A stretch of DNA of 63,710 bases, the filler included, from Octopus bimaculoides (taxonomy: Eukaryota), in assembly GCF_001194135.2 (NCBI RefSeq). It is 8 parts of 6 records of this genome, joined end to end, with 100 filler letters (N's around TTAATTAATTAA, not from the genome) between each part and the next. Parts side by side here need not be neighbours in the genome. Positions count along the whole stretch, not along the records: positions 35,186 to 57,558 come from NC_068990.1; 7 more parts are not named here. The stretch is one strand, 5' to 3'. Made by a program: the position numbers and the translations under genes. Positions 36,967-51,189 of the stretch are shown one piece after another; within the stretch, counting starts at the first letter, position 1, and the number at the start of each line of letters is the position of its first letter. The notes under the pieces were generated by a model. That model ran no database searches. It saw only the letters and a program-made list of their open reading frames with translations, and was not told the origin of the DNA.

Positions 36967-39951
36967 TTCTCGTGGATCACTGCTGGGCGATGTTCGTCTC
37001 ACGCTCATATGTATTGTTCTTAACAAATCGTGATTATGAAAATACATTTTGTCAGACAAAACACATTATATCCATCAACAGTGAATATTCTTAAGTATGA
37101 TGCATAGATAACACTTCATTCTCACGGTTTAACTATGACTAATAAATTTCAATCAATGGCTCTGATTATCCCGGTAATGAACAAAACAAAAATGAAAATA
37201 ATATTTAGTACCAATGATTTTTCCTGTTGATTGTCGTCTTAAGCCATTAACATTATTTTTCAATGTTCGTATGCTGCTTTCAATCCTAATCAGGCTATTG
37301 AAATCATTTTATGATGAAAGCAGTTTACGTGAACTATATTCGTCTAATGGAATTACTGCGAAATACTTCAATTAACGATTTTTTAGAGGCCTAACTACTT
37401 CATGCTCCCTTTTATATGATCTTGCAAGATTTGCATTCACTTATGTATGAGGCACTTATAAATACACTAGAATCTACTGAAATATTTTAACAAATAATAT
37501 CAAAATTGTGTTCACTTCAAGAGGTATATATGTGAGTGTATTCACACACATGCATACACACACGTATATACAAAAAACAACACTCACACACACACGCACG
37601 CACACACATACAAGGAATGAGAGAAGGAGAGAGAGAAAGAGAGAAGGACAATCGGACGAAGCACATAAAGATGAATGAGAGGCTAAGAAGTTCATTTCAC
37701 AATCGTGATGTCCAGGCTTTGATACCACTGTGTAACATCTTTCTTGTCCTTACATAACCTCATTTCGAGCCACACTTTGGCAGTAGATAATGAGTAAGGT
37801 GTAATTGTGTGAAATCCTGTCGACTGGAATGCATCTCTAAGTGAAAGAATCAGCCCTTTGCTCACTGCGTCACGTCACGGCATTTTAGGCATATTATTAT
37901 AAACCAAATTATTGAAGAAATTGAGGGATGGTTTAAAAGCGCTACGATATTTAGTTTCATCCTCATATGGCTTGAATTTTAGTAACAGAACTGTCGAATT
38001 ATCTAAAGCATTGCAGTATATTATATTGTCTCTATATTTTCTACACGCGGCCTTGTGCTAATGGACGAAATCAATAGAAATCAATAAAAGTAAAAATCAA
38101 TAATCTATTCCTACTGTTAATACTCCATACTCTATCAATGTTTTATGTCTGGTTACTACTATAAATTATACACATTTGTATCCAGCCATTGATTTCCAAC
38201 TATGTTAAGTTTCTACAATTGAATGTTTCAACTAAGAATCCAATTACAATATGTCCATACCTAATTTTCGCGCGCATTAAAAACATGTCAATATTATTAT
38301 AAATTACAAGCCTGTCTATGTAACACAACAATATTATTAAGAATTAACAACCTCGTTAATATTACTTTAAGAAATCATTGCATTCATTGCGAAAAATAAA
38401 TTGCAAATATATTGATTGGCCTCTTCTCGTGCTTGGTCACATGAAGTCTTTTAAATCTTGCATTCAATCTGAACTTTTTAGATATTTTCATAATGTTTTT
38501 TTCTTAATTATAAACAATCAATAGATATTTTTACAGAACCTAAGGATTTTTTTAATGCTTAATTTGAGGTTATGCAAAGTGATAGTTTAATTTCCGGCCG
38601 AATAGTTCTGCAAAGTATGAAGTTTCTTTTTTTATGAAGGTTGTAACACAGTTTCGGTTCTCAATAGACACAAGCTCATTTCGTGTGTCGACTAATCATA
38701 TTAGTAAAGAAGTTATTTTAGGTGAAATTCATGCCTAACTATCTAAAATGTTTACTTTATACTATATGTTTATGCCTGGAGAAAATAAATTGTTATTACA
38801 TGAGTCTCTAATGCACAGAGCCCTCTTCTGGTGTCAAGCTGAAAGTAGAAAATTGGGAGAACCTTCACAAAAATAAAACAAAAACAAATTTTCAGACACA
38901 TATGCGATTTGGTGATTTATTCAGCAGATTTGATTTGTATTATCTATATGTTACGGGTTATTTCCATACCTTCCTCAGTTAGCCATCTAGAAAATGCTGG
39001 AGAAGGCATAGGCTTCGTTTGCCTTACTCGTAAATCTCTTAAAGACCAAAGGAAGTGTCTCATAGTCAGTGAAGTGTATATGATTTTTTAAACCGAGTCC
39101 GTTCAAGATCTAAAGTATTAACGTGAAAACCTACAATCTCACTTGAAATACTTCAAAAGTTAATTTAGCAATGAACAATACGGAGTCAACAAGCAATAGT
39201 CCAAATATCATAATTCATCTGCATGATACTTGGGGTTTTAAAGGCAGCATTCACCTTGCTTGTTTTACTCAGTAGTGTACTGAATCAACTGTTTAGTACA
39301 GTGTATAGACAGTCTTTCAGTGTATGAATGTGCACCATAACAGGAAATTAGTTTATACAGTAATACAACTCCCTCACACTAATCTTGATTCCAAATTTTT
39401 ACTTACTACTCGGCATGGCTCATCATACTTTAATAGGAATCTTTTATTAAAAATTCCTATAAATAAACGGATCGACTTTTCGAACGATATAGAAATTGAT
39501 TTAAAACATCTAAAGCAAGTAAGGTACAGGTAAAAACTAGAAGGAAAAGAGAAAGAGCGATGAGGTGAAATTGGATAAGTTGAAAATACGTGCTTTAGTT
39601 CCATTAATATTTCACAATAACATGCCAATTGAAGTTAGATTTTGTACTCCGATAGAGTATATATTTTGGGTGATGCTACTAAAAGCTAATATATTCTATG
39701 TGATACATGCGAACATATTGATAAGTGCAGTTTATTAATGACATTTGGGAACACGTATGGTTCTCACGTTGCACACTGAAAGAAAATATTTCGTTTGGAA
39801 ATATGGAAATATTATTTACCGTTTTCCTTTTCCACTTCAGAAAAAGATCTCACAACATAAAGAATAATAGCATAAATCTAGAAGCAGTTCCCTCCCCTTA
39901 AGAACATTCACCCTCTCATTTCATAGAAATCTCTCTCTACCTCTTTCTCTC

Positions 39952-39990
<39 letters not shown>

Positions 39991-42900
39991 TACTCCATAA
40001 GCAACTATAAGCAGCAGCAGTAGCAGTTTCCAGTAAAAAATAAACCACGTATGTATTACCAACATATAAAAAGGATACTTCAAATTATGATTACCTTATA
40101 ATAGTCTTAAAAAAAAAATATTTAGGAACATTACAATTAGTGGCGCTAAACATATTCAAAGTAGAGCATCACAAATCCGATTAGAAATATTTCGGGGGAA
40201 AAATAAGACTATTAGCTCAGTGATTAATATTATAGTAATTCTTGCTTGAAAATGCCGAACTAATTGTAATAATGTAATGAGATACTTTTGTTCTCTTTTC
40301 ACTATACTAGTACTAGATTGTTGATACTCTGCCTTTAGTATGCCTATAATTTCTTCGTTATTTGCAAGATAAACAGGATAGTGACGGCATATAGAATTCG
40401 ATCCTTCAGTTGTATGTTCTCAATCCAATTGGTTAATATAATAATAAAATTGTTGTATATCACGTATTCCTATATTTTGAAGTTTATTTTCAGAAAGACA
40501 TTTAAATTGTGATTCAGCGAAGAGTGGTGGGGGCGGTATCGTGTAACTTCGAATCCTTTCATGTAAAATGTCATCAATAGTCATACTTCTTGCCGAGAAC
40601 TACACATTTTTAGACGAATAGAAAAAAGTTATCTGTAACATTGATTCCTAAATGCCAAGAATTTTAAACGATAAAGTGCAATTTTTCCTTAGTACAGAAA
40701 CGCATACTCCGTGAAATTCAACTGGAATTCACTTTAGAAACGTTTGGCAATTTAATTACACTACAGCCGTAGTAAATCATTTGTGATATTAATATTGGTC
40801 TCCAATGGGATATTTTTGCGAATGGGATCATTATGTCACTTTCGCATCAGTGTCTCACATGAAATATAATTCTACATTAAATAAGATTAATACACTTTTA
40901 GTGTTTGTTTAATTCTTATTTCTATTCTCAATGGATAAGAGGTACGTTCAGTCACAGTGAACAACACAGTGAAATTTGCAATTATGTTTGCTTCCATTTC
41001 TCTTTGTTTGTTCAGTTAATGTGCATAATAAATCACCTACACATTTAAACAAAAGAATCTCTATCTTTTATTTTTAATAGCAAACAAAACTATTCAGACG
41101 ATTTCGATGCCCGTTTTATCTACAAGGACGATACGGTTTCTATTTTTGTTGCAGTCATTTCACTTTAATCGAAGTCACATCTGCTACATTCTTAGATATC
41201 TAAAACAACGTTTTAATCATTATTTATTTGAAGATATTCATGATAAAATGGTAATAATTAGTTACTACTGATTAGTATTCATTGATATCAAGATGGAAAG
41301 TCACTCTTCTGGAGCCCTATTCTGTAATCTCGCGGATAGAGGAAACGCTAACGTATATTGCCATCAGGGAATGTAAACTGTATAGCAATTGCAGGAAAAA
41401 ACAGTTTGGAACTTTGACTTTATGTAATATATTATGGTAATAAAGTCGATATAACTTTTGTTTATTTGGCAGTTCTACTGCTGGTGCATATATTTATTAT
41501 TATGGTTATCTAAGAATCGAATCATTTTGCGTAGAGCTGTTCTTTTCAAGTTCTACTATTTTGGGAGTTGAACTGAAGAGTGTATGAAACTCATTAATCT
41601 TTCAGTTCGAACGCTACACACAGCATTCAGGATTCTTGTTAGGCATGGATTCATTCTCTCTACAGTCAAAAACGGCTCGTTACATTTAAGGTATTACTGA
41701 TTTCCATATGACAACCTATTCATCTCATTCAGATATTTTTTGTCATTGCCATTTAATGATGTCCAATCACAAATTTTTCATCTTTGGATAGTATTTGATT
41801 TTCTCAATATGTTTGTATTATGATCCCTCACTTTGTAAAAGGTAAATATCACGTCGTGACATTCACACATATTCAGTTGACAATAAGGTGATATGTACAT
41901 ACATTAATTGGGACAAATATCTGGAATCTATATCATATGTTCAGTTGATGGGAATACACTTCTATTTTTCCAATACGAATTAAGGTATAATTCATTCACG
42001 TTATTCTTTTACAAGGCATGAGAGGGATCAATTTTCCCCGAGAGGAAATTTATTAGACATTTTTCTTTTTCATTTAGACTATTCCTAAAGCAAATGACAT
42101 GACGCACAAAGCGTTATCCGTAAGAGAATGCTGGCGTTTATCTCTTGCTAGTGTTTATCTCCTATTTCGCAGTGTCTAGTAATTGTTTGATTTTCTTACT
42201 TGTTAGAAAGTTAATTACAGCATTTAAACGTTTCTGCTCAGCTACGTATAAAGAACAGGAAAAACACATAAAGGAGTCATAAAATTAATCCTAGATATGA
42301 TTCTATGTTCAGTCTGAATAATTAGCGGCATCATTGACCATGATGTTTTGTTTGTCTTCCTGTAGGTTTGCCAAGAGAAACTTACCTAAAGAGGCGGTTT
42401 AGTGGTGTGTAATCTCGAATTGAAAGATTATTCAACTGTTTCGGGAAAAATCAAAGATGGGAAACGATGGAAGTGGCAAAGTACATTGGATGAGTTTCGA
42501 TGAATCATGTATTATGCTTCTGCCTTCATAATAATAGAGGCTGTTGTAGGGTCTCCAGAAGCAAATGAGTTTCGAATCAGCAAATTTTGATCAAGTGTAA
42601 CTTAGAGAAAAGAACATAAAGATACTAAAATTTTTTTGCATTCTGTGTAGTTCAAAATTTTGTTTTCCATCAAGTGGACTTGTTGATTGCTTTGGACTTT
42701 GAATAAGGCAATGCTTCGCATACTCTCACGTATTGCAGATAATTACATACTGAAGAATCGTTTGATATAAGTGGTGTCTACATGTCAGGTTTCATTTAAA
42801 TTCGATTATAATGTAATTGATAGAAGGATATTTCAAACCGGTGAGGAAATAGAAACTCCCATAAATTGCTTCCACTTCTTATATTTCTGTTACTCCAGCG

Positions 42901-44770
42901 ACTCAGATTTACTCTTTCTATTTTCAGTTGTTTGAGTATAATTCCCCATATCTCATTTCCATTTCTCGTAGGATTTAAGGTTTTATAGAGCTAGGAAACA
43001 GTATTGCACGGTTACCTGACATGAAAAGTGTTTACCAAATCTTGGCTTTCTATTTTTCTCTTTTGTCTTAATATACCTAAAGAGGAATTTCGAAAATATC
43101 AAAAGGTTGATAATTCGTAAAAGAAATATATTTCTCTCATTCCTTTATTGTATTTCCCATCATCACACATTAATGTGTGCAGTTCTAGGGAAACGGAGGA
43201 AGCTTTACTATTATTCCATCATAAAGGACATTATTGGTAAACAGCTGCCATTCATGTACAGTCTTTTAACCCCCGAGAGATGTAAAGCCTTACAGTACAA
43301 TTACTCAATCATAGTGTAATCTCTGTATTTGATTGACAGTTCGTTTATAGAATTCTTCTTATTTCATACACAAAGCAGCAAATAGCCGACATTATAGAAA
43401 AGTCAATTTCGTCACGATAATAACAATATATCTTATTGAATACTTGTACGTGAAGCAAATTAGTTTTACAATCTTACAGTATAATTATATAACTATTTCA
43501 AGTTTTAGAGATAAATAATAGATAATTTAGTAATAAATTCTGTTATATTTACCCTGGTGTATTCATTTGTTTACATGACTATCTATCAATGAACGTGTTT
43601 CATTTTACCCCTTACTCTCTGTCTGTCTGTCTCTCTCCCTCCTCCTCCCTTTCTCTCTCTCTCCCTCTCTCTCACTGTCTGTATTTCTAGGTGATGCGTG
43701 ACCAATTTTCCGTTGCAGTTGACTAAACTGAGTACAAACGGTGTTTGATTCGACTAGATTCTCCCATATTTTAACTACATTCCTCTGTTTCATGTCAATT
43801 TCAGCCCCACTTTATTCTTCCTCTGATCATGTCACATACGTATGCAAGTTGAAATAATAAATAAATACATATTAGCTTTAAGACAAACCTCCTATGGAAA
43901 GGATATAGGTAAAAGAGAATTTAAGGTCGAAAAGGTAAGAAAATGATTGCTTCTCCTGTCACAAGACAAAAGCGTTAATTGCCAATGATTTTATTTGCTC
44001 AGCCACAGATTTTCAGCTTCTTGGCTGCTAAGTTTTGATTTTCGGGAACGAGTTTTAATGCTAAGGTTGTCGGATCAAAATGAACATTTTTTATATCAAA
44101 TTTTTAGTAATTTATAAGAGGTCATATCATATATTAATTTAGGTAAATTCTGAGTAAGACACATGTAGACATAACAGAGTAACTGAATCGATAATAACAA
44201 TTGCTTCAGCATTTCTTCTGAAACGAGTTCAAATCGAATTACGTATTTTGGTTTAATAATGTCACTGTACAGAATAGGGATCTACGCCTCTCTGTCTGTC
44301 TGTCTGTCTGTCTATTTGTCGCGCTGTTTTTCTCTGTCTCTCTCCTTCTCTTTCTCTCCCCATTTCTCTGTCTCTCTCTACAATGTATCTAGCGTGTAGT
44401 TGAACAAACTTTATGATTGATTTGCCCTTATCACTCGTGTTTCTGACATTGACGGGAAATGGAGGTAAGTTTCAGATTAGTCGAAAATCCATTTCTATCA
44501 CATTCTATGAAGCTAGGCATACATGTGTTTCTGAAATACAAATGGAATGTGTTGAGCAAGCAAATTCAAATTACTGAATCAATTATATACATTAATGTTA
44601 TGATATATTACTCTGTCATATATTACTTCTATAATAGGATAACGGTTTTGTTGACCGGGGATTTAAGATGAAAAAATCCTTGTCTAAGGTTCCACGCTGT
44701 ACGTCTGAACAAGGAACAATTTGATTGGGAAAGCAATCGTCTTAAGACAAATTATGCATGCGCCTATGAT

Positions 44771-44801
<31 letters not shown>

Positions 44802-44909
44802 CACACACACACACACACAAATATAGATAGATATACTTCATATATATTCATATATATACATACATATATGAATGTATACACACACACGGACACACAGACA
44901 CACATACAT

Positions 44910-44944
<35 letters not shown>

Positions 44945-47179
44945 TGCACACACAGACGCATTTATATGTTTATGGCGACTTTTAGAAGTTTGAGACATTT
45001 TTCAGGAGGGACATTTATTCATAGCAAAGATGTACAAACCGTTAATCTCTTTAACCTCAAAGTAGGATCATCTCACTACAGTACACTTGTTTCAGCGTTC
45101 CAGCTATTTTGTAAATGCCCCATGCACCTCCTCCAAAATGAGAGTGCCCAACACACTTGTCAGAGTATTTCAGTAAAATTATATTAATGTGTCCGACTGA
45201 TTAAAATTTAATTTATTTGTGCAGCTGATGATAGCCCTATATTTAGACTGAGGTAATGATTGCATTGTTTAATTAAATGGAGCTGGTTGAAACTGTTGTA
45301 CTGCATCACTTCTTGATATTCTGTTGCTTATTTTGATTTTACTCACCTTACTTCGAGCTGTGCGGGTAATACCGGACTGACTTGGTACTTCAACTTAAGT
45401 ACCTATTTGAGGTGAATCTTAATTATTTCTTATATACATGTATGTCTATTTGTCTCTATGTTTGTTTGTATACATATATGGATTTAATTAAAACATTACA
45501 AAAAATCATATATTTCTCTAACATTATTATACAACCATACATGTTTGTATGAAGATGTGCTACTGTTTTCGCAACATTTCTATTTTGGTTATTTTGCTCT
45601 CGAATCTGGAAAGATGGAAGACAATGTCAGCTCAAAAATGTTTTGGATCATGAACAAAATTAAGTGACGTGCATATGTATCACAGTGGATATTTTTGCTG
45701 ATTCTTGCATTCACCTTAAATTGGCAAAAAAGACAAGACAATATGTGAGTCTGCACCATCAGCATGCTAAAAGTAGGAGTTAAGCACCCCACTAATAATC
45801 GAAGTGCTCAGAAGATAAAGGCAGTCATAGATGCATCAAAAAAGAAAAACGCATGATATCGATTTGAATGACATTTATCATAATCCTGCTTGTTCAAGCT
45901 TTACTTGAGGCTAAACACCAGCTAATAATATTGAGCAACTCTTCTGTTGTAAACGAACAAGGAAACGTTTACGTGATAGTTCGACCTGCTAGATATTGCC
46001 CCCACATTTAAGTAAAATTGCATTTTATCATTATACGAAAATATATATTAGCAAAGGCAGTCATGGACTCCTTGTACATTGAAAAAAGAGATTATGGTCG
46101 CGGCTGGAGTTTCTCTTAACTTATTTGCTTGATCAGGATAATTGGACTAAAACTCGACAACCAATATTGACCGAGAAATATATTAAATAGCTATTCTGTG
46201 TTAATAACCATTATACTCAAACAAATATTGAATATATTACTGATTATTAATTTCTTACTGAGTTGCTAATTCCTTGCTGCCGCTTAATAGATTTCTCTAA
46301 CTCTACTAGCTTCTTATTTCAGTGAGAAACATTGAAGTTAAATGTCTACATGAGGAGACTTAATATTGTCAAAGGAAATTTCCTTTCTTCTTTGAAACAA
46401 TATTTAAAACTGAAAATATTGACCTTTGAGATAGTTATGGAGAGTCCCCAAAATGACATATACAATTTGTTTGACGAGGAACAAGACGGTGCTGAGGATG
46501 AGTATGACAACGACGTTGCTATCATCAATTTATATACAACTATGAAAGAACGAAGAAGGAATAAAAAGTGAAAGAAATAAAAGAAAAGAGATGACAATAT
46601 AAGAGATGAAAAAATAGAGGAGATGAAGAAAAACGTAAATAAAGAGGGGAATAAAAGAAAGGAAGAGAGCGGGAGGAGGAAAAAACAAGACAAAGGAAGA
46701 AGGAAGAAAGTTTGCAGTTTCTTGTAGAAATTGCTGTCGGAAACTTCTACCAATTTCACGCAGATAATTTTTTCTGTGTTTTAATTTTATTTTCTATACA
46801 CAGAGAGGAAATTACTTTAAGTTTTATGATGCATGTATACGCAACTGTTGTGTATTTTACGAGCCTAAAACTATTTTAACAGTAATTTCGTAAATTGATA
46901 CGCCTTACGGTTGCACTTATAAATGAAGAAATGAAATTGAGCTATTCAACTTTAAAGTGCACGGTGTTCTATTCCCAGCAAGTAACAATATTTATAGCAA
47001 TAAGCATACATTGTAAATAAATCTAGAATCAGATCGTGCTTAAGATTTTCATAAACTGCATAAAGTTCTTTTTACACTGATGCTAGAACATTGCATCTCT
47101 AAACTTCAGTAAGTCATATTTATTTATCACTTTCCATAGACCGTACACAGTAGAATATTCTCATTATTTTTGTAATATA

Positions 47180-48052
47180 CAGGCTGCGACGGGTAAATTG
47201 TCGCCATTTTATGTTGTTAATTTCGTGCTTACGCATTATTTTTTTTTTGTCGACTACACAGTAGGTAGCGTCATTTGGGCACCACCAGTGAGAAAATAGC
47301 ACCATGACGCAATTCCCTCTGCCTGAAAATTGGAAACGACATGCTGCACTGCTTGACATTCGCGCAGGGAACTTTAATAGGAACGTTTCAGAGTGTCAAT
47401 CTGAAGATAGTGCAATCTGAGGACATGTACCGAGAGTGATAACAATCAGACATCTAGTCAACACCATGGTGCTTAGACTGATCCCCACTGATGATGACGT
47501 TATGCCTTCATTCAACTTCCCATACGGTCGCAAACTCAACACAGTTTTACATCATGTGCCTGGAGGAGGTAGTTGTTGCCTGGGTCAAGAGGGTGGCTGC
47601 TGGACAAAAACTCTGTCTGGCAAAAGGACTCTGCAACATGCCATACAAGCAGGAAAACCCAGTGATGGCTGTCATACAATTTCTTCGACCACATCACCCT
47701 TAACATCTGGCCGCTTAACTCCTTAGACTGCAACCCCCTTGATTATTATGTGTGGGACGCAGTTGAGTGAGAAACCAACAAAACTCCTTGTAACGCCAAA
47801 GATGAACTGACGGCAAGGTTTATGGCAGGATTCACCAACTTAAACAAGGAGACCGTCCAGAAGAGTTGCAAGAGATTCTGAACTTGTCTGGAGGCCATGG
47901 TCGAAGCCAATGGCGATATTTTAAACTAAATGTACTCTTTAGTATTTCAAATTATTGTTATGCAATTTTGGTAAATATATCTGTTAAAATGAGATGTCGA
48001 TCTTATTTTCATTTTTGTGTTATATAGACGACAATATATTTACCGCACCCTG
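47180..48052 (+). mobile_element. Internally deleted Tc1/mariner element with DD37D (maT-type) transposase pseudogene
   Basis: ATG at 47304 (MTQFPLPENWKRHAALL..). QKDSATCH..WPLNSLDCNPLDYYVW has 37 residues between D(47627) and D(47741). Degenerate TIRs are TA-caggctgcg..gtaaattgtcg and cgacaatatatttaccgcaccctg. Confidence 0.9.
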
Positions 48053-48063
48053 TGTATATAAGC

Positions 48064-48410
48064 GCAGGCGTGGCAGTGTTGTAAGAAGTTTGCTTCCCAA
48101 CCCATTGGTTCCGGGTTCAGTCCCACTGCATGGCACTTTAGGCAAGTGCCTTCTTGGGCCGACCAAAGACTCGTGGGTGGATTTCATAGACACAAAGAAG
48201 TCAGATGTATACATGCGTGCGTGTCTATCTGTGTGTGTGCGTGTGTATCAAGCTATGTGTGTATGCCTTTGTGTCTGTGTTTGGCCTACAGAATCAGTAG
48301 TAGGCTTAATGAAATAAGCTGGTCTGGAGTCGAGTTTTTGACTAAACACTCCGAGGTGGTCCTCCAGCATGGCCACGTTCAAATGCCTGAAACAAGAATA
48401 AAAGAATATA
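48064..48410 (+). mobile_element. SINE family 1, near full length
   Basis: Head, CORE-like block and tail are present; CpGs are retained. Confidence 0.85.
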
Positions 48411-48431
48411 TATGTACGTATGTATTTATAT

Positions 48432-48577
<146 letters not shown>

Positions 48578-48859
48578 ATACATATATATATTTATATATA
48601 TAAATTCATATATATGCATATGTGTGGAAATGCATACATGCATGCATGCACACTGATATATATACATATGTATGTATGTTACGTATTTGTGTACATAAAC
48701 ATAAGTGTATAAATAAATGATAAACACACGCACGCACATTCATATATGCATGTATGTATGCACCTCTCTCTCCCCTCTCTCCCTCTCCCCCTCTCTCTCT
48801 GTATATATATATATATATATTTATTTATTTATTTATACGCACACATGTACAGAGTTCCT

Positions 48860-49060
48860 CATCACTATCTTTGTTTCCCCTGATCGGATTGCAGAATTTA
48901 CAGGTGGTGCATTCGTTGAGGTCGTCAAAAAGTGACATTATGAAAAAGATCTCTTGTAGTTTTCAAGGATGTGTGAAACCGTTTTTGTGTGCAACGTTGA
49001 GGCGTGCAACCAAGCACGTTGCATTTCTCTTTTGGTGATCATACAATTAAAATTGTCTGT
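48860..49060 (-). pseudogene. Possible Tc1/mariner N-terminal HTH remnant
   Basis: Frameshifted RNATCLVARLNVAHK / TVSHILENYKR resembles Tc1 helix-turn-helix segments. Confidence 0.4.
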
Positions 49061-49925
49061 TAAATTATTAGATATTTGATATTTTGATATCTCTTCACGT
49101 TATCAAATCATTTACGCACATCTCTATGAAGCACATTTATGTGAAGCGACTCAACTTCAACAATAAAATTAAAAGTATCTATTGAAGGTATTGATCCATA
49201 ATTTGAAATTCTATTCATATAATACTGTTATCTTTCAAACTGAACCGTGTCGTCCACTTGTCCTCCAACAACTGCCAATGCCTGACAGTCGGCTTTCATA
49301 CAGAATTAATATCCTTTCCTTTCAACGTAATCAAATAAAGTAGAAACACGACGATGATTTATTGCCGCATTTATGACCTGCTAGATGGGTTGCACTCATG
49401 AATCCCGATTGTTATATCTTCAAAGACCCCCGCAACAATTGCATAATGCTATCGCTATCACTAGCAATGTATATATATATATATATATATATACATATAC
49501 ACAATATCGTTCACCAATGCGGATATGATGCATGGAATGGTAAAAAGATGCTATCACATTATCTATATTATAATACTCTTAACTGTTCAGATACTAGATG
49601 AAGAATAAAGGAAATGATAGCGTACAATTGATATTTAATCTATCCGAATAGGAATCAGAAAACATCCGAGGCAATACATCATCATCTTATGAAAGGATAA
49701 AATAAGAAAATACCTACTGAAATATTCATTAGGACTTCTTATTACTCAAGTCAAACGTGCGTGATCCGAATATTTTCGATTGATAACCGGTCTTCAAATA
49801 ACTCAAATGTATCACAATGCTTTGGACGTATGTATGTGTGTGTGTGTGTTTGTGTTTATGTGTCTATTTGAATGAGTGAGTGTGTGTGTGCGTGCGTCTA
49901 CTTGTGTGTATGTATGTATGTATGT

Positions 49926-49964
<39 letters not shown>

Positions 49965-50072
49965 CAGTAATCCCTCGCCATATCGCGGTTCACCTATCGC
50001 GGTTTATTATTTAAGCTTATGTTGATTCGTCTGTGGTGTTGTTTTGCGTTTATAATAAAATGAATATATACA

Positions 50073-50126
<54 letters not shown>

Positions 50127-50195
50127 TATACATTACATTACTAATTCTACATCGCAATGTTTACCTGCCGCGGAGGGGTTTCGAAATGTAATACC
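49965..50195. mobile_element. pogo/Tigger-like MITE remnant with internal (AAT)n
   Basis: The left end reads TA-cagtaatccctcgccatatcgcgg; a related decayed end lies at ~30230-30270. Confidence 0.55.
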
Positions 50196-50399
50196 GGCGA
50201 TTATATATACGTACGTATGTATGTATGCAGGTATGTGTCCTTTAGTGAAATATGATTTATATGTGAGCTACTACGAGATTCACGTTCAAGTACTCCAGTA
50301 ATTGAACGGATTCGCTTACGATGCCGTATTCCTTCCACCAATCGTTCAGAGTGAAAGTGTACTTGGTTGTTCTCTGTGAAAATGCGACAGAGAGAGATT

Positions 50400-50481
<82 letters not shown>

Positions 50482-50554
50482 CTGAATGAACGAGAAGGAA
50501 GAGGAAAGACGGTAAAAAGTAAGAAACGAAAATTAGAAAGTTTAGGGAAATGAA

Positions 50555-50990
50555 ACAAGTGTTTCCTTGCTTCCCAACCACAAGAATCTGGGTCCAGTTC
50601 CACTGTATGGCACCTTGGGTTAATGGCTTCTACTAAAGCCTCCCGCCGACCGAAGCCCTGCAAGTGGATTTGGTTGACAGAAACTGGAAGACAGTCATGT
50701 GTGTGTGTGTGTATGTGTTGTGTGTGTGTGTGTGCGTGTGCGTGTGTATGTGTGTGTGTATGTGTGCATGCGTACGTGGGTGTGTGTGCATTTGTGTGTG
50801 TGTTTCCTGACAACCGATGTTAGTGTTTTTATGTCCCCGTAACCTAGTGGTTCGGCCAAAGAGACGGATAGACTATTACTAGGCCTACAAAAAACAGGTG
50901 CTGGGTTCGATTTCTTCGACTAATACACTTTTAAGGTGATGCCCCAGCATGACCACGGTCAAATCACTGAAACAATCAAACGATTACGAG
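50555..50990 (+). mobile_element. SINE family 1, near full length, with internal (TG)n
   Basis: Head, CORE-like block (tggcaccttgggt..cttctac) and tail; CpGs are retained. Confidence 0.85.
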
Positions 50991-51011
50991 AATACATACA
51001 TATATATATAT

Positions 51012-51047
<36 letters not shown>

Positions 51048-51068
51048 GCATGCATATATACATACATA

Positions 51069-51104
<36 letters not shown>

Positions 51105-51121
51105 NNNNNNNNNNATACATA

Positions 51122-51162
<41 letters not shown>

Positions 51163-51189
51163 TAATATTTTGATATATTTGGTAAAAAT

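Noticed and set aside
46332-46700. 79-aa ORF with acidic patch and basic tail
   Set aside because: It lies in purine-rich low-complexity sequence, the best upstream acceptor gives immediate or early stops, and no domain was recognised.
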